Assembly: GCA_003649205.1 (NCBI GenBank)
Contig: QMRC01000003.1
Span: forward strand, 96,001 to 160,000
Direction: 5' to 3'
Source: Thermoprotei archaeon
Lineage (GTDB): Archaea > Thermoproteota > Thermoprotei > Thermoproteales > B15-G16
DNA length: 64,000 nt
Every line of letters begins with the position of its first letter. The stretch's first letter is position 1. The notes under the pieces were generated by a model. That model saw only the letters and a program-made list of their open reading frames with translations, was not told the origin of the DNA and did not search any database. The position numbers and the translations under genes were made by a program. This document shows positions 28,580 to 38,488 of the stretch, in pieces.

Positions 28580-29848
28580 TTGAGAGGTATCTCACGTACG
28601 GTACTCATAGCAATTGTAGTCATAGTAGTAATTGTAGCGGCCATAGTGGGGTACCTAGCTTTAACCTACTATGTAGCACCACCTAAAGCACCGAAGAAGT
28701 TAGTTATTGCAGCTAGATCAGGTACGTACGCTGAGGGTTTGAAGATAGCTGCGAGAGAGTTCTCTAAGAAGTATGGTATTGAGGTTGTTGTACAGGACTT
28801 CGGCTATGCAGCATTACACGATAAGTTAGTGACGGAGATGATGGAGAAGACAGGTGCTTTTGATGTAGTGATGCTAGATGATCCATGGTTAGCAGAGTTT
28901 GCTGACAAGGGCTTCTTAGTTGATATTGGTGAGATGCTGAAGAAGAAGGGTATTAAGGTTGAGGAGCTAGGCTTCATACCGACCTGCCTAGAGGTATGTA
29001 AGTACAAGGGAAGACTCTACGCACTACCGTACGTAGGTAATGTACAGTTATTTGCGTACAGGAAGGATCTATTTGAGAAGTATGGTCTACCAGAACCTAA
29101 GACATGGGAAGATGTGTTAAGAGCAGCTAAGATAATAATGGAGAAGGAAGGAATCTATGGTTATGTGATTAGAGGTAAGAAGGGTAATCCTGTTGTCACT
29201 AACTTCCTACCAATATTCTGGGCTTATGGTGCTAAGATACTAGATGAGAGAGGTAAGCCAGCAGTGTACTCACCTGAGGCAGTGAAAGCACTGAAGGTAT
29301 TCATTGAGTTGAAGAAGTATTGTCCACCAGGTACGGAGAACTTCGGCTCTGCAGAGGTTAGAGCATACTTGCTGGGTGGTAAGGTTGCCATAGTAGGTGA
29401 AGTGTGGCCAGCATGGGTACCTGACCTAGAGAATCCAGAGAAGTCTAAGGTAGTTGGTAAGGTCAAGATAATACCACCACCAGGAGCAAGACCTATGATA
29501 GGTGCTTGGCTACTAGGTATCCCAGTAACGTCGAAGAACAAGGACCTCGCACTCGAGTTCATACTCTTCACACTGAGTAAGGAAATGCAGAAGAAGATAG
29601 CACTAGAAGCAGGTGTACCACCAACCATAGCTGATCTCTACAAAGATCCTGACCTAGTCAAGAAGTACCCATGGTACCCAGTACAGCTCGAAGCACTGAT
29701 GACAGCAAAGATGAGACCTAGAGTACCTGTCTGGAAGAAGATAGAGGACATACTCGCAACCTACATACATGCCGCATTAATAGGTGAGTTATCACCAGAA
29801 GAGGCATTAAAGAAAGCTCAGGAAGAACTCACAAAGTTACTTGGATAG
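28580..29848 (+). CDS. Sugar ABC transporter substrate-binding protein
   Basis: N-terminal TM; DVVMLDDPW, YALPY, YRKDLF. Confidence 0.9.
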   Translation: MRGISRTVLIAIVVIVVIVAAIVGYLALTYYVAPPKAPKKLVIAARSGTYAEGLKIAAREFSKKYGIEVVVQDFGYAALHDKLVTEMMEKTGAFDVVMLDDPWLAEFADKGFLVDIGEMLKKKGIKVEELGFIPTCLEVCKYKGRLYALPYVGNVQLFAYRKDLFEKYGLPEPKTWEDVLRAAKIIMEKEGIYGYVIRGKKGNPVVTNFLPIFWAYGAKILDERGKPAVYSPEAVKALKVFIELKKYCPPGTENFGSAEVRAYLLGGKVAIVGEVWPAWVPDLENPEKSKVVGKVKIIPPPGARPMIGAWLLGIPVTSKNKDLALEFILFTLSKEMQKKIALEAGVPPTIADLYKDPDLVKKYPWYPVQLEALMTAKMRPRVPVWKKIEDILATYIHAALIGELSPEEALKKAQEELTKLLG

Positions 29849-29861
29849 GTGACTCAATACC

Positions 29862-30725
29862 ATGAAGTTAAAACAGCATCACATTGGACTTCTGCTAGCA
29901 CTACCAGCGATAATAGTAATGGCACTTCTAACCCTCTACCCAATAATCTATGTTTTTTACCTATCTCTACACAAGGTATCATTCTACCCCAAGCTCACCT
30001 TTGAGTTCGTTAATATAGCTAATTACCTATCAGCTCTCAGCAATAGGCTCTTCAGGATATCCTTCCTAAACACCTTACTCTTCGTTTTTGGAGCAACAGT
30101 AAGTGAAGTAGCTCTAGGTCTTGTGTTTGCACTTATATTTGCTTGGGAGTTCTACGGTAGGAAGTACATAGCTCCACTCGTTATACTACCGATGATGTTA
30201 CCTACGATAGTTGTGTGTAGCTTCTGGAGGATAATGCTGCATACAGAATTCGGTGTATTGAATGCAATCTTAACAGCATGTAATCTACCTAAGATCAACT
30301 GGTTAGGTGATCCAAGAGTAGCTATGTGGTCTATAGTGCTGGTGGATGTATGGCAGTACACACCATTTGTCTTTCTTATCCTCTACACAAGTATCCTCTC
30401 AATACCACGTGAAATATATGAGGCAGCTATGATAGATGGGGCAAATAGACTTCAGTTAACTAGATACCACATACTACCACTACTCAAGCCCCAGATAGTT
30501 GTTGTTGCGCTTTTGAGGATAATCGACACCTTTAGAGTCTTCGATAAGGTCTACGCACTTACAGCTGGTGGACCAGGTAATGCTACCGAGGTACTGACCT
30601 TCGTCATCTACAAGACTGCATTTAGGTACTACGACTTTGGTCTTGGTAGTGCTGAAGCTGTTATAATGCTAGCTACTGTCTTGACTATAGTCATGCTCTA
30701 CCTATACATAACGAGGAGGAGGTGA
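29862..30725 (+). CDS. Carbohydrate ABC permease (MalF-type)
   Basis: DVWQYTPF, EAAMIDGA, FRVFD..LTAGGP. Confidence 0.92.
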   Translation: MKLKQHHIGLLLALPAIIVMALLTLYPIIYVFYLSLHKVSFYPKLTFEFVNIANYLSALSNRLFRISFLNTLLFVFGATVSEVALGLVFALIFAWEFYGRKYIAPLVILPMMLPTIVVCSFWRIMLHTEFGVLNAILTACNLPKINWLGDPRVAMWSIVLVDVWQYTPFVFLILYTSILSIPREIYEAAMIDGANRLQLTRYHILPLLKPQIVVVALLRIIDTFRVFDKVYALTAGGPGNATEVLTFVIYKTAFRYYDFGLGSAEAVIMLATVLTIVMLYLYITRRR

Positions 30726-31585
30726 CGTCTTTGGTTCGTAGGTCTAGATTAATTCATCTACTAATTGGTAAGGTAATACATGGAGTTCTCATAGCTGTAG
30801 TCTTAGTATGGACCTTCTTCCCACTGTACTGGGTTATCGTAACTTCGTTTAGACCTGAATGGGAAGTGTTAATGTATCCATCACTACCCTATCCTCTTCA
30901 CCCGACACTCATGAACTACGTTAAGTTGATGGTTGAGGACAAGTTCTACATCTACATCCTCAATTCACTAGTGGTCTCACTAGGAGCTACCATCATATCG
31001 CTCCTCATTGGTTCTCTAGCAGCTTATGCTCTAGTTAGGATAGGTGTACCGCGTTTCGTAGATTCTCTATTCCTTACCTGGGTCTTAGTCGTTAGGATGT
31101 TACCACCGATAGTACTCGCAATACCTCTCTTCATGGTACTGAGGACACTGGGTTTGATAGATACGAGATTTGGACTCATGATTGCGTACCAAGTCTACAC
31201 ACTACCGTATGTAGTGTGGATTCTACTTGGATTCTTCCGTGAAATACCTAGAGAAATTGAGGAGGCTGCACTCATAGATGGTGCATCGAGGGTTAGAGTA
31301 TGGACATCGATAATACTACCACTAGCATTACCAGGTCTCATAGCTACAATGATACTATCTGTCATACTGACATGGAATGAGTTCCTGTATGCACTTGTGT
31401 TCATTAATTCACCAGAGAAGTACACAGTTACGGTGAGGGTAGCTACGTACATCTATGAATTTAAGATTGAGTGGGGTAGGTTAGCAGCTTCAGGACTGAC
31501 ATCAGCGCTACCTGTGCTCTTGCTATCACTATACGTGCAGAAGTACATGATACGCGGACTAGCATTTGGTCGTGTACTCAGGTAA
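30722..31585 (+). CDS. Carbohydrate ABC permease (MalG-type)
   Basis: EEAALIDGAS, WNEFLYA. Confidence 0.92.
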   Translation: MTSLVRRSRLIHLLIGKVIHGVLIAVVLVWTFFPLYWVIVTSFRPEWEVLMYPSLPYPLHPTLMNYVKLMVEDKFYIYILNSLVVSLGATIISLLIGSLAAYALVRIGVPRFVDSLFLTWVLVVRMLPPIVLAIPLFMVLRTLGLIDTRFGLMIAYQVYTLPYVVWILLGFFREIPREIEEAALIDGASRVRVWTSIILPLALPGLIATMILSVILTWNEFLYALVFINSPEKYTVTVRVATYIYEFKIEWGRLAASGLTSALPVLLLSLYVQKYMIRGLAFGRVLR

Positions 31586-31641
31586 TTTAAGACTCGCTGA
31601 ATTAATTAATCCTCAGAACCAGTACTAGTACGGGTGTGAGT

Positions 31642-31848
31642 ATGAAAGCTAGAGCAGGAGTGAGAGCAGCATTAGCGAGTGGGGCTAACCCAATGGCGAA
31701 AGGAGCAGTTAAGGCAGTTAAAGCACAGAAAATCACGAGTACAAAGACTAGGGTAGAGAGTACGAAAGCAGAATCAACAGGTACAACTAATATAGCTCAA
31801 ATAGTTAAGAAGTTCGGAGGAGTAGTCAAGACTAAACCAGATCAGTAA
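31642..31848 (+). CDS. Possible small basic protein
   Basis: K/A-rich ORF of about 68 aa filling an intergenic gap, with GGGTGTGA upstream. Confidence 0.35.
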   Translation: MKARAGVRAALASGANPMAKGAVKAVKAQKITSTKTRVESTKAESTGTTNIAQIVKKFGGVVKTKPDQ

Positions 31849-31859
31849 ACCAGGGCTCC

Positions 31860-31911
31860 GTGATGAGAAGGAGGTGAGGAATGAGTAGGTGATTGAAGGG
31901 GGAGCGACTGA
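31860..31911 (+). ncRNA. Box C/D sRNA candidate
   Basis: C GTGATGA, guide GAAGGAGGTGAGGA, D' ATGA, C' GTGATT, guide AAGGGGGAGCGA, D CTGA. Confidence 0.7.
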
Positions 31912-32448
31912 TTACTTCTCCCCTACCTCAAATAAGATGGCTTCGTAAGGACCGACCTTAGTACCCTTCTTAACCCTAGCAACAAGTACCCTATCCTCAA
32001 TAATCTCATAAGGAACAGCAAGCTCAGCACCTCTAACTCTCCAACCCTCAGGGAAAAACCATGTAAACTCATAATCATACTCAACAACCTCCTCCTCATA
32101 GTAATCCTCGTACTTATTCAAACCAGCCCTAATAGGACCACTAAACTCAATAATGAAGGTAATGTAAGGTCTAGTCACATCACCACGGAAACTAAGAGTG
32201 GTAGAGATGACCTTAGGGTAGGTCCGAACACCATTTATGTAGACCCTCTCCTCATCGAGAAAGTACTGCATATTTTCCTCAATTCTCGACAGTTCCTCCT
32301 CAAGAGAACCTCTCCTCAGTAGCGATAGGTAGTACTTCTCAGGATCATAGTAATCAAAGACAACAATTTGAGTTACACGGCCAAGTCTCGACATAATGAA
32401 GAAACCCTGAGCATACACAGGTACAACACTCGAAGACACAATAAACAC
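31912..32448 (-). CDS. Hypothetical protein
   Basis: 178-aa ORF with host-like codons (NMQYFLDEERVYING, GLNKYE). Confidence 0.75.
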   Translation of the reverse strand: MFIVSSSVVPVYAQGFFIMSRLGRVTQIVVFDYYDPEKYYLSLLRRGSLEEELSRIEENMQYFLDEERVYINGVRTYPKVISTTLSFRGDVTRPYITFIIEFSGPIRAGLNKYEDYYEEEVVEYDYEFTWFFPEGWRVRGAELAVPYEIIEDRVLVARVKKGTKVGPYEAILFEVGEK

Positions 32449-32667
32449 CTCATAGGTAGGATCATGAGTAAAGGATAAGAAGTCTACTCCTTAACCACAC
32501 AACATTAGCACCGCTGATAAAAACACTAGCTATACCTAGACATAACTTACGTGGTGTAACACTTATACTATAGCGATAAATCTATTGGTAGAGAAATAAA
32601 AATGTGTATAAAGGACTAAAGTCACTGTTATAACAGTAATGAATTTAAGTAGGTCAGGATATGGTCT

Positions 32668-34071
32668 TTGCTTCAGGTGCTAGATATGGTTATTCACGGA
32701 TTGAATACGAGTGTTGAGTGGACACTTCTCATGAAGTCACTCATTGCATTTGCTGTTGGTGCACTCATAGGGCTTGAGAGAGAGAAGGCTAAGCAGGAAG
32801 CTGCCGAGAGTGGCAATACGGAGGATGTCAAGGAGTTTCCAGGTGTTAGAAGCTTTGGTTTCGTGAGCTTACTCGGTGCCTTGACAATAATAGCGCCCTA
32901 CTACATGCCTAGCGACATAGCTCAGTACGTACTAATCCCACTAATACTACCACCCATCTTCACAATCCTGTTCTTTATAATCCATAGAATGCTCATTCTC
33001 AAGGAGAGTGGAATAACAACTCCACTAGCTTTAGGACTAGCCTATGTCCTTGGGGTTCTTGTTGGTTTAGGTTACGTACTTGAAGCTGTTGCTCTCTCTG
33101 TACTAATCACATTCATGCTAGCAGTTAAGCTCCATATAGTTAAAGCGATTAGAGGTGTCACGTATAGGGAACTCCTATCAGCTCTTGAGATAGGTATCAT
33201 AGTCTTCCTACTTGGTCCCTTCCTAGCTAGAGACATCTACGATCCACTACTCCACGTAGTCAATTTCAAGACACTCTACATATTCTTCGTGATAATCCTC
33301 ATCATCTCCTACATAGGCTACATGGTTGTGAAGATGTGTGGTATGAGAGCATTGACCTACTTCGCATTCTTTGGAGGTCTAGTACACAGTGAAGCAACTA
33401 CAATAAACCTAATTGTACTAGGTCAGAAATTAGGTTTCAGGAATGCAGTTAGCAACCTAGTGCTAGGTGGTATCCTCTCAGCTAATCTAGCTATGGTGAT
33501 ACGAAATCTACTCATATTCACATTCCTCAGATACACGATGGCTATAACAGCAGAGATTAGTAGGTACACAGTACTAACTATGTTAGCACTACTAGCAACA
33601 GCACTCGCACTCTACATACCAATTAAACTCAAACTAATTCAGAGCAAACCACAGGTAAGCACCAATATGAATATCCGTGGTGAAGAGGTACCATCACTAA
33701 CCTCACCAATAAACTATAGAGCAGCAATCAAGTACTGCCTACTATTCGCAGCAATTCTCGTCATGACGACTCTAGCAACAATGTACTTCAGCGATAAAGG
33801 ACTACTAACACTATCGATCCTAGGTGGATTAGTTAGCTCTGAAGCAATGATATTCTCAGCACTATCACTACTGCAGGTAGGTCTAGCAAGTGAGAAGGTC
33901 GTAAGCATAAGCGTCATGCTGACAACACTAGCAGCAATACTGAACAAGCTACTCTATGCAGTAGCTAGCAAGGTACCCAGAGCCCTGGTAGTGAGGCTAC
34001 TTATGTACCTACTCATAGCTACATCACCACTATTAATAGCAGCATTAATCCTAATATTTGGAGCTCTTTAA
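32668..34071 (+). CDS. MgtC/SapB + DUF4010 membrane protein
   Basis: GALIGLERE, FPGVRSF, GITT, GGLVHS, GGLVSS. Confidence 0.85.
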   Translation: MLQVLDMVIHGLNTSVEWTLLMKSLIAFAVGALIGLEREKAKQEAAESGNTEDVKEFPGVRSFGFVSLLGALTIIAPYYMPSDIAQYVLIPLILPPIFTILFFIIHRMLILKESGITTPLALGLAYVLGVLVGLGYVLEAVALSVLITFMLAVKLHIVKAIRGVTYRELLSALEIGIIVFLLGPFLARDIYDPLLHVVNFKTLYIFFVIILIISYIGYMVVKMCGMRALTYFAFFGGLVHSEATTINLIVLGQKLGFRNAVSNLVLGGILSANLAMVIRNLLIFTFLRYTMAITAEISRYTVLTMLALLATALALYIPIKLKLIQSKPQVSTNMNIRGEEVPSLTSPINYRAAIKYCLLFAAILVMTTLATMYFSDKGLLTLSILGGLVSSEAMIFSALSLLQVGLASEKVVSISVMLTTLAAILNKLLYAVASKVPRALVVRLLMYLLIATSPLLIAALILIFGAL

Positions 34072-35328
34072 CCTAAACCTCCACATGTGAAGTAGGAGAC
34101 ATGAGAAGAGAACTAAAGTAGATACAAAGAGAGCTAACACAAGAGTAAAAATACAGAGATCAGTAGAAGTACTAAGAAATCTAATAGATATAGTCACAAG
34201 ACCAAGAACATCGTAGAGATAACCAGCAGAAACAGCACCAAGAGCAGCACCTAAATTAGTAACAGAATTAACGAGACCAATAGCAACACCTCTAGACCTA
34301 AAGTACGTAGTAGCAAATTTCCTAGACAAAGGTGTTAGAGACCTCAAACTACTCGACAAGAGAAGGAAACCAAGGAATACAAGAGACACATTAGAGACAG
34401 CAAGAAGTAGGGAACCAGCAACTAGGAGTAGAGAACATAGGTATAGAGCAAGTAAGTCAGAAAATCTATCACCCAACCAAGCAATACCATAGCTAACAGC
34501 AAGGGAAATCAATGAAACAATAGCTAGAAACCTAGCAACAACCCCCATAGATAAACCTGTGAACTCACATAAGTACACATAACCCAGCTCACCACCAACA
34601 ATAGAGAAGTAGAGACGAACAACAAAGAGCAAAGTAAAGAGAGGAAAACCAAACCTCAAAACACGTAATACAGATGAGAGACCGCGAAGAACGTTAGCAC
34701 TGGGAATACCAGTAATCGTAGCTCTCGAAGGTAGGAGTAGAGATAAGATAGCACAAACACAGTACATGCAGAAAGCAACAAAACAAATCCATAATAGGGA
34801 AAAGCTAGAGAGCACAGAGTACAGGTAATTTCCTAAGGAAAAACCAAGAGAACCAAGCATAAAGTAGATAGCGAAAACCCTACCCCTAAACTCCTTAGGA
34901 ACAGAAAGCCCAAGAAGGAGCTGAACAGTAACCCAAGCAAAACCACTTAGGAGACCCTGCACAAACCTAAGAACAAGGACGAGATGTATGGAGCCAGCAA
35001 AGGCAAATAGCAGGGAAACTAAAGCAAATAGAGAGAAAGCAATGAACACAACTACATTCAACCTACCATAAACCTCACATAATTTACCAACCAGGACAGA
35101 GGAGATAGACCTAGCAACGAAAAAGAGAACAGTCAAGAGAGCAAGCGCAAGAGCAGAGACACCGAAGACGTACCTACACAGGTATGAGATAGCAGGAATT
35201 AGCAACCTAAAACCAGAAGTACCAATTAGAGCAAGCGCAAAACACAGAGCAACAACACTCCACCTTAAGGACAAGGCAACCCCCAAAAGCAACCACAATA
35301 CAGATATATAAGCGAAGTCCCCCGCCAA
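34051..35328 (-). CDS. MFS transporter
   Basis: About 12 TM; GKLCEVYGR, LRFVQG, RGRVFA, GDRF motifs. Confidence 0.85.
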   Translation of the reverse strand: MAGDFAYISVLWLLLGVALSLRWSVVALCFALALIGTSGFRLLIPAISYLCRYVFGVSALALALLTVLFFVARSISSVLVGKLCEVYGRLNVVVFIAFSLFALVSLLFAFAGSIHLVLVLRFVQGLLSGFAWVTVQLLLGLSVPKEFRGRVFAIYFMLGSLGFSLGNYLYSVLSSFSLLWICFVAFCMYCVCAILSLLLPSRATITGIPSANVLRGLSSVLRVLRFGFPLFTLLFVVRLYFSIVGGELGYVYLCEFTGLSMGVVARFLAIVSLISLAVSYGIAWLGDRFSDLLALYLCSLLLVAGSLLLAVSNVSLVFLGFLLLSSSLRSLTPLSRKFATTYFRSRGVAIGLVNSVTNLGAALGAVSAGYLYDVLGLVTISIRFLSTSTDLCIFTLVLALFVSTLVLFSCLLLHMWRFRLKSSKY

Positions 35329-35442
35329 AACTCTAGTAACCTACATAGACATACAAAGGATATATGTTCATGAGTTAGCAAATTAATGTGAATATATAAG
35401 GTACTAAGCCTCTTATCTTCCCTATATCGTATATTCGGGATA

Positions 35443-35457
35443 GAAAAGTTTTAAATA
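35443..35457 (+). promoter_or_regulatory. BRE/TATA promoter of the sugar-binding protein gene
   Basis: GAAAAG-TTTTAAATA upstream of ATG 35493. Confidence 0.6.
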
Positions 35458-35492
35458 GGGCTATTGTGTCTTATAGCACGAGGGTCATTAAT

Positions 35493-37010
35493 ATGGCTGA
35501 GAAGAGAGCATTAACCTTAGCGATAGTACTTCTCATAGTTGGCTTAGTAATTGGTATAGCAATTGGCTACTACGCCATACCAAGACCAGCACCACCAGCT
35601 CCACCCACACCGCCACCTCCCACTGGTATTCCACCTGAAGAGTATGAGAAATTGAAGAAGGAGTACGAGAAACTGAAGAGTGAGCTAGAGGAACTGAAGA
35701 AAGGTGTCACCATTGAGTTAAGGGTTTGGGGTGCTGGTGACCCAGCATCAGTAACTAGAGTTAATAATCCAGAGGCTGCTGCAAAGCTACTGACAGAGTT
35801 ACTGAAGACACTCGGTATTACAGCTGAAGTTAAGGTTGTTGAGAAGTACTACCACAGAGGTCCATGGGCTGAGTACGAGAAGAAGATTTACTTAGCTTAT
35901 GAGGCGGGTAAGCTACCAGACATAATTGCTGTAGGTCACGAGTGGATACCAATGCTAGCGGAGAAGGGAATTATAATACCACTGGATGAGTATGTGGAGA
36001 AGTACTGGGACCTCGCATTCTACGACATACCAAAACCACTGTGGGAAGCTGTAACCTACAAGGGACACATATGGGCAATACCACAGGATACAGAAGCTAG
36101 ACCAGTCTACGTTTGGAAGCCAGCACTTAAAGCACTTGGGTGGACAGACGAGGAGATAGCTGCACTACCAGAGAAGGTGAAGAGCGGAGAATTCACACTA
36201 GACGACATGCTAGAGCTAGCTAAGAAAGCAGTTGAGAAGGGATTGGTTAAGTACGGTATACTACATAGACCAACACCTGGTGGAGAGCTGTGGCAGATCT
36301 ACCTAGCTTACGGTGGTAAGTTATGGGATCCAGCAACAGGTAAGATGGTGCTGAAGAAGGGCGCAATGCTGAAGGCCTTGGAGTGGTTCTATAAGGGTGC
36401 ACAGGTCTACAAGGTGATACCGTCAGACATGACAACGTGGTCCTGGAGATCCATACACACAGCAGTTGTCTCAGGACAGACATTATTCTGGTTCGGTGGT
36501 ACATGGCACTGGGCTGAGTGGCAAAAAGTACCATACCACCCCAAGCTAGGTAAGGTACCTGAGTCATACCTGTGGGAGAACTTCATATTCATGCTAGTAC
36601 CAAGTGGATACAAGGGTGGAAAACCAGTAACACTATCACACCCATTCGTCTACGTCATAACTAGCCAGAGCAAGCACCCAGAAGTAGCTGCACTAATACT
36701 AGCACTAGTAACGCAACCAGAATTCGATGTAAAGCACGCTGTTGGCAGTGCACACATACCCGTTAGAAAGGCAAGCCTAGAGCACCCAGAGATGAAGAAA
36801 GCTAAGTTCCTAAGCGATGTAGCATACATGCTAGACTACACGACATTCGAGCCAATGCACCCACTATGGAGCAAGTACAAGAAGATAATCTTTGACGCTA
36901 TTGCAGCTGTTGAGATGGGTAAGATGAAGCCAGATGAGGCACTAAAGTTCATGATAGACTCAATAAAGGCAGATCCAGAGCTAGCTAAAGAAGTCGTGAT
37001 CACGGAGTAA
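35493..37010 (+). CDS. Sugar/polyol-phosphate ABC substrate-binding protein
   Basis: TM anchor, Pro-rich linker, coiled coil, PDII, WAIPQDTEAR. Confidence 0.9.
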   Translation: MAEKRALTLAIVLLIVGLVIGIAIGYYAIPRPAPPAPPTPPPPTGIPPEEYEKLKKEYEKLKSELEELKKGVTIELRVWGAGDPASVTRVNNPEAAAKLLTELLKTLGITAEVKVVEKYYHRGPWAEYEKKIYLAYEAGKLPDIIAVGHEWIPMLAEKGIIIPLDEYVEKYWDLAFYDIPKPLWEAVTYKGHIWAIPQDTEARPVYVWKPALKALGWTDEEIAALPEKVKSGEFTLDDMLELAKKAVEKGLVKYGILHRPTPGGELWQIYLAYGGKLWDPATGKMVLKKGAMLKALEWFYKGAQVYKVIPSDMTTWSWRSIHTAVVSGQTLFWFGGTWHWAEWQKVPYHPKLGKVPESYLWENFIFMLVPSGYKGGKPVTLSHPFVYVITSQSKHPEVAALILALVTQPEFDVKHAVGSAHIPVRKASLEHPEMKKAKFLSDVAYMLDYTTFEPMHPLWSKYKKIIFDAIAAVEMGKMKPDEALKFMIDSIKADPELAKEVVITE

Positions 37011-37329
37011 ACTCCCTATTTTCTCCCCCTCTACCTCCCTTAGCATCTAAATCTCTAAGTTCCTCAAGCTTTCTTTTCAGAAGAACAAAATCCTCTATAA
37101 TACTCTCAACAATACCTACAACGTAGTCGTACACGTGAACACGTACAGTACCTAGGTCTACACCCGTTCTTGTGGAAACTATTTGAGCTACCTTCTCCAC
37201 TACCGTCTTAACACCATCTATGTCCCTATTCAGGATTGCAGTGAGTAAGTAGTCGTAGGTATCGCCATTAAATACCTCGTCGATTACCTCGATTATATTG
37301 CTTAGCCTAGCTACTCGTACTTCTGTCAT
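37000..37329 (-). CDS. Hypothetical protein
   Basis: 109 aa with GGGTGA RBS; antisense within the ABC cluster. Confidence 0.6.
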   Translation of the reverse strand: MTEVRVARLSNIIEVIDEVFNGDTYDYLLTAILNRDIDGVKTVVEKVAQIVSTRTGVDLGTVRVHVYDYVVGIVESIIEDFVLLKRKLEELRDLDAKGGRGGENREFTP

Positions 37330-37487
37330 GAGAGAATCACCCGTAGTACTTAGGAGAGAAAAGTAATTTTAGGAGATCAATACTGAGACCAGATCATTCA
37401 CTGATCGTACACTTTCACCAGTTTCTTAACTAGCTAAAGTAGTAGGGATTAATGAATAGGTATAAGTAACTCGCTTTATACATCAAT

Positions 37488-38477
37488 ATGTCTAAAAGGA
37501 AATTCTTTTTTACCCTACCTGCACAATTACCCCTGATGTCCTCTAGAAGGCTACATCGTTCAAGGAGTAAACTGAGCCCTAGAGCTAGGAAGTTCCTACT
37601 ACTTACCATCTTCCTAGGCCCATGTATTGTCATGATTGCTCTCTTTTGGTTTGGTCCTGTATTCCTAACTGTCTTTCTCTCGTTTACGGACATGAGTATT
37701 AGGAGAGCTGAGTGGCATTGGGTTGGTCTTGAGAATTACTTCAACATAGGTAAGCATCCATTTACGATGAAGGTTGTTGTGAATACTGCAATCTACGTTT
37801 CCTGTACGTTGCTGTGGAATGTCTTCGTTGGTCTTCTCCTTGCTCTACTCACTTACTACATGGATGAGAGGAGTGCTCTCTTCTATAGGGCTCTCTGGCT
37901 ACTACCGCGATCCTCACCACCAGTTGTCTATGGTCTACTGTGGTTATGGGTACTTGACCCAACTGAGTATGGTTTACTCAATCAATTTGTTCTCGCTCTT
38001 GGTCTCAGCGATAAGCCAATTAACTGGTTGATGGAGTACCCCATGCTCTTCATAATACTCATCAACGGCTTCGTTGGTTGTTCATTCGGTATGATTGTGT
38101 TCTCATCAGCTCTCAAGTCAATACCTAGAGACTACATAATCGCTGCTCGTGTTGATGGTGCTTCTGAGTGGAGAATAATTAAGGACATAATCCTACCACT
38201 GCTGAAGTGGCCACTCATGTTTGTTACAGCGTGGCAGACGCTAAGTCTCCTAGCATCTTACGAGTACATCCTGATAGTGACCAATGGTGGCCCATTCTAT
38301 GCTACAGAGGTTTGGTCGCTATTTGCATACCACCAAGCATTTGAACATCTTGAGCTAGGTTTTGGCGCTGCACTAGCTATGGTGCTGGTCATTGTTTCGA
38401 TTATATGTGTTGTCGCTTACATGAAGGTGTTCAAGTTCAGGAGGATGATATCGCCTGCAAAGATTGAGATTGCTTAG
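37488..38477 (+). CDS. Carbohydrate ABC permease
   Basis: AARVDGAS, TNGGP; start may be ATG 37536. Confidence 0.9.
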   Translation: MSKRKFFFTLPAQLPLMSSRRLHRSRSKLSPRARKFLLLTIFLGPCIVMIALFWFGPVFLTVFLSFTDMSIRRAEWHWVGLENYFNIGKHPFTMKVVVNTAIYVSCTLLWNVFVGLLLALLTYYMDERSALFYRALWLLPRSSPPVVYGLLWLWVLDPTEYGLLNQFVLALGLSDKPINWLMEYPMLFIILINGFVGCSFGMIVFSSALKSIPRDYIIAARVDGASEWRIIKDIILPLLKWPLMFVTAWQTLSLLASYEYILIVTNGGPFYATEVWSLFAYHQAFEHLELGFGAALAMVLVIVSIICVVAYMKVFKFRRMISPAKIEIA

Positions 38478-38488
38478 GGGGTGATGCC

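Noticed and set aside
37377-37421. Possible C/D sRNA on the minus strand (guide GTCTCAGT resembles a 16S complement)
   Set aside because: All four boxes are degenerate and D'/C' abut with no spacer
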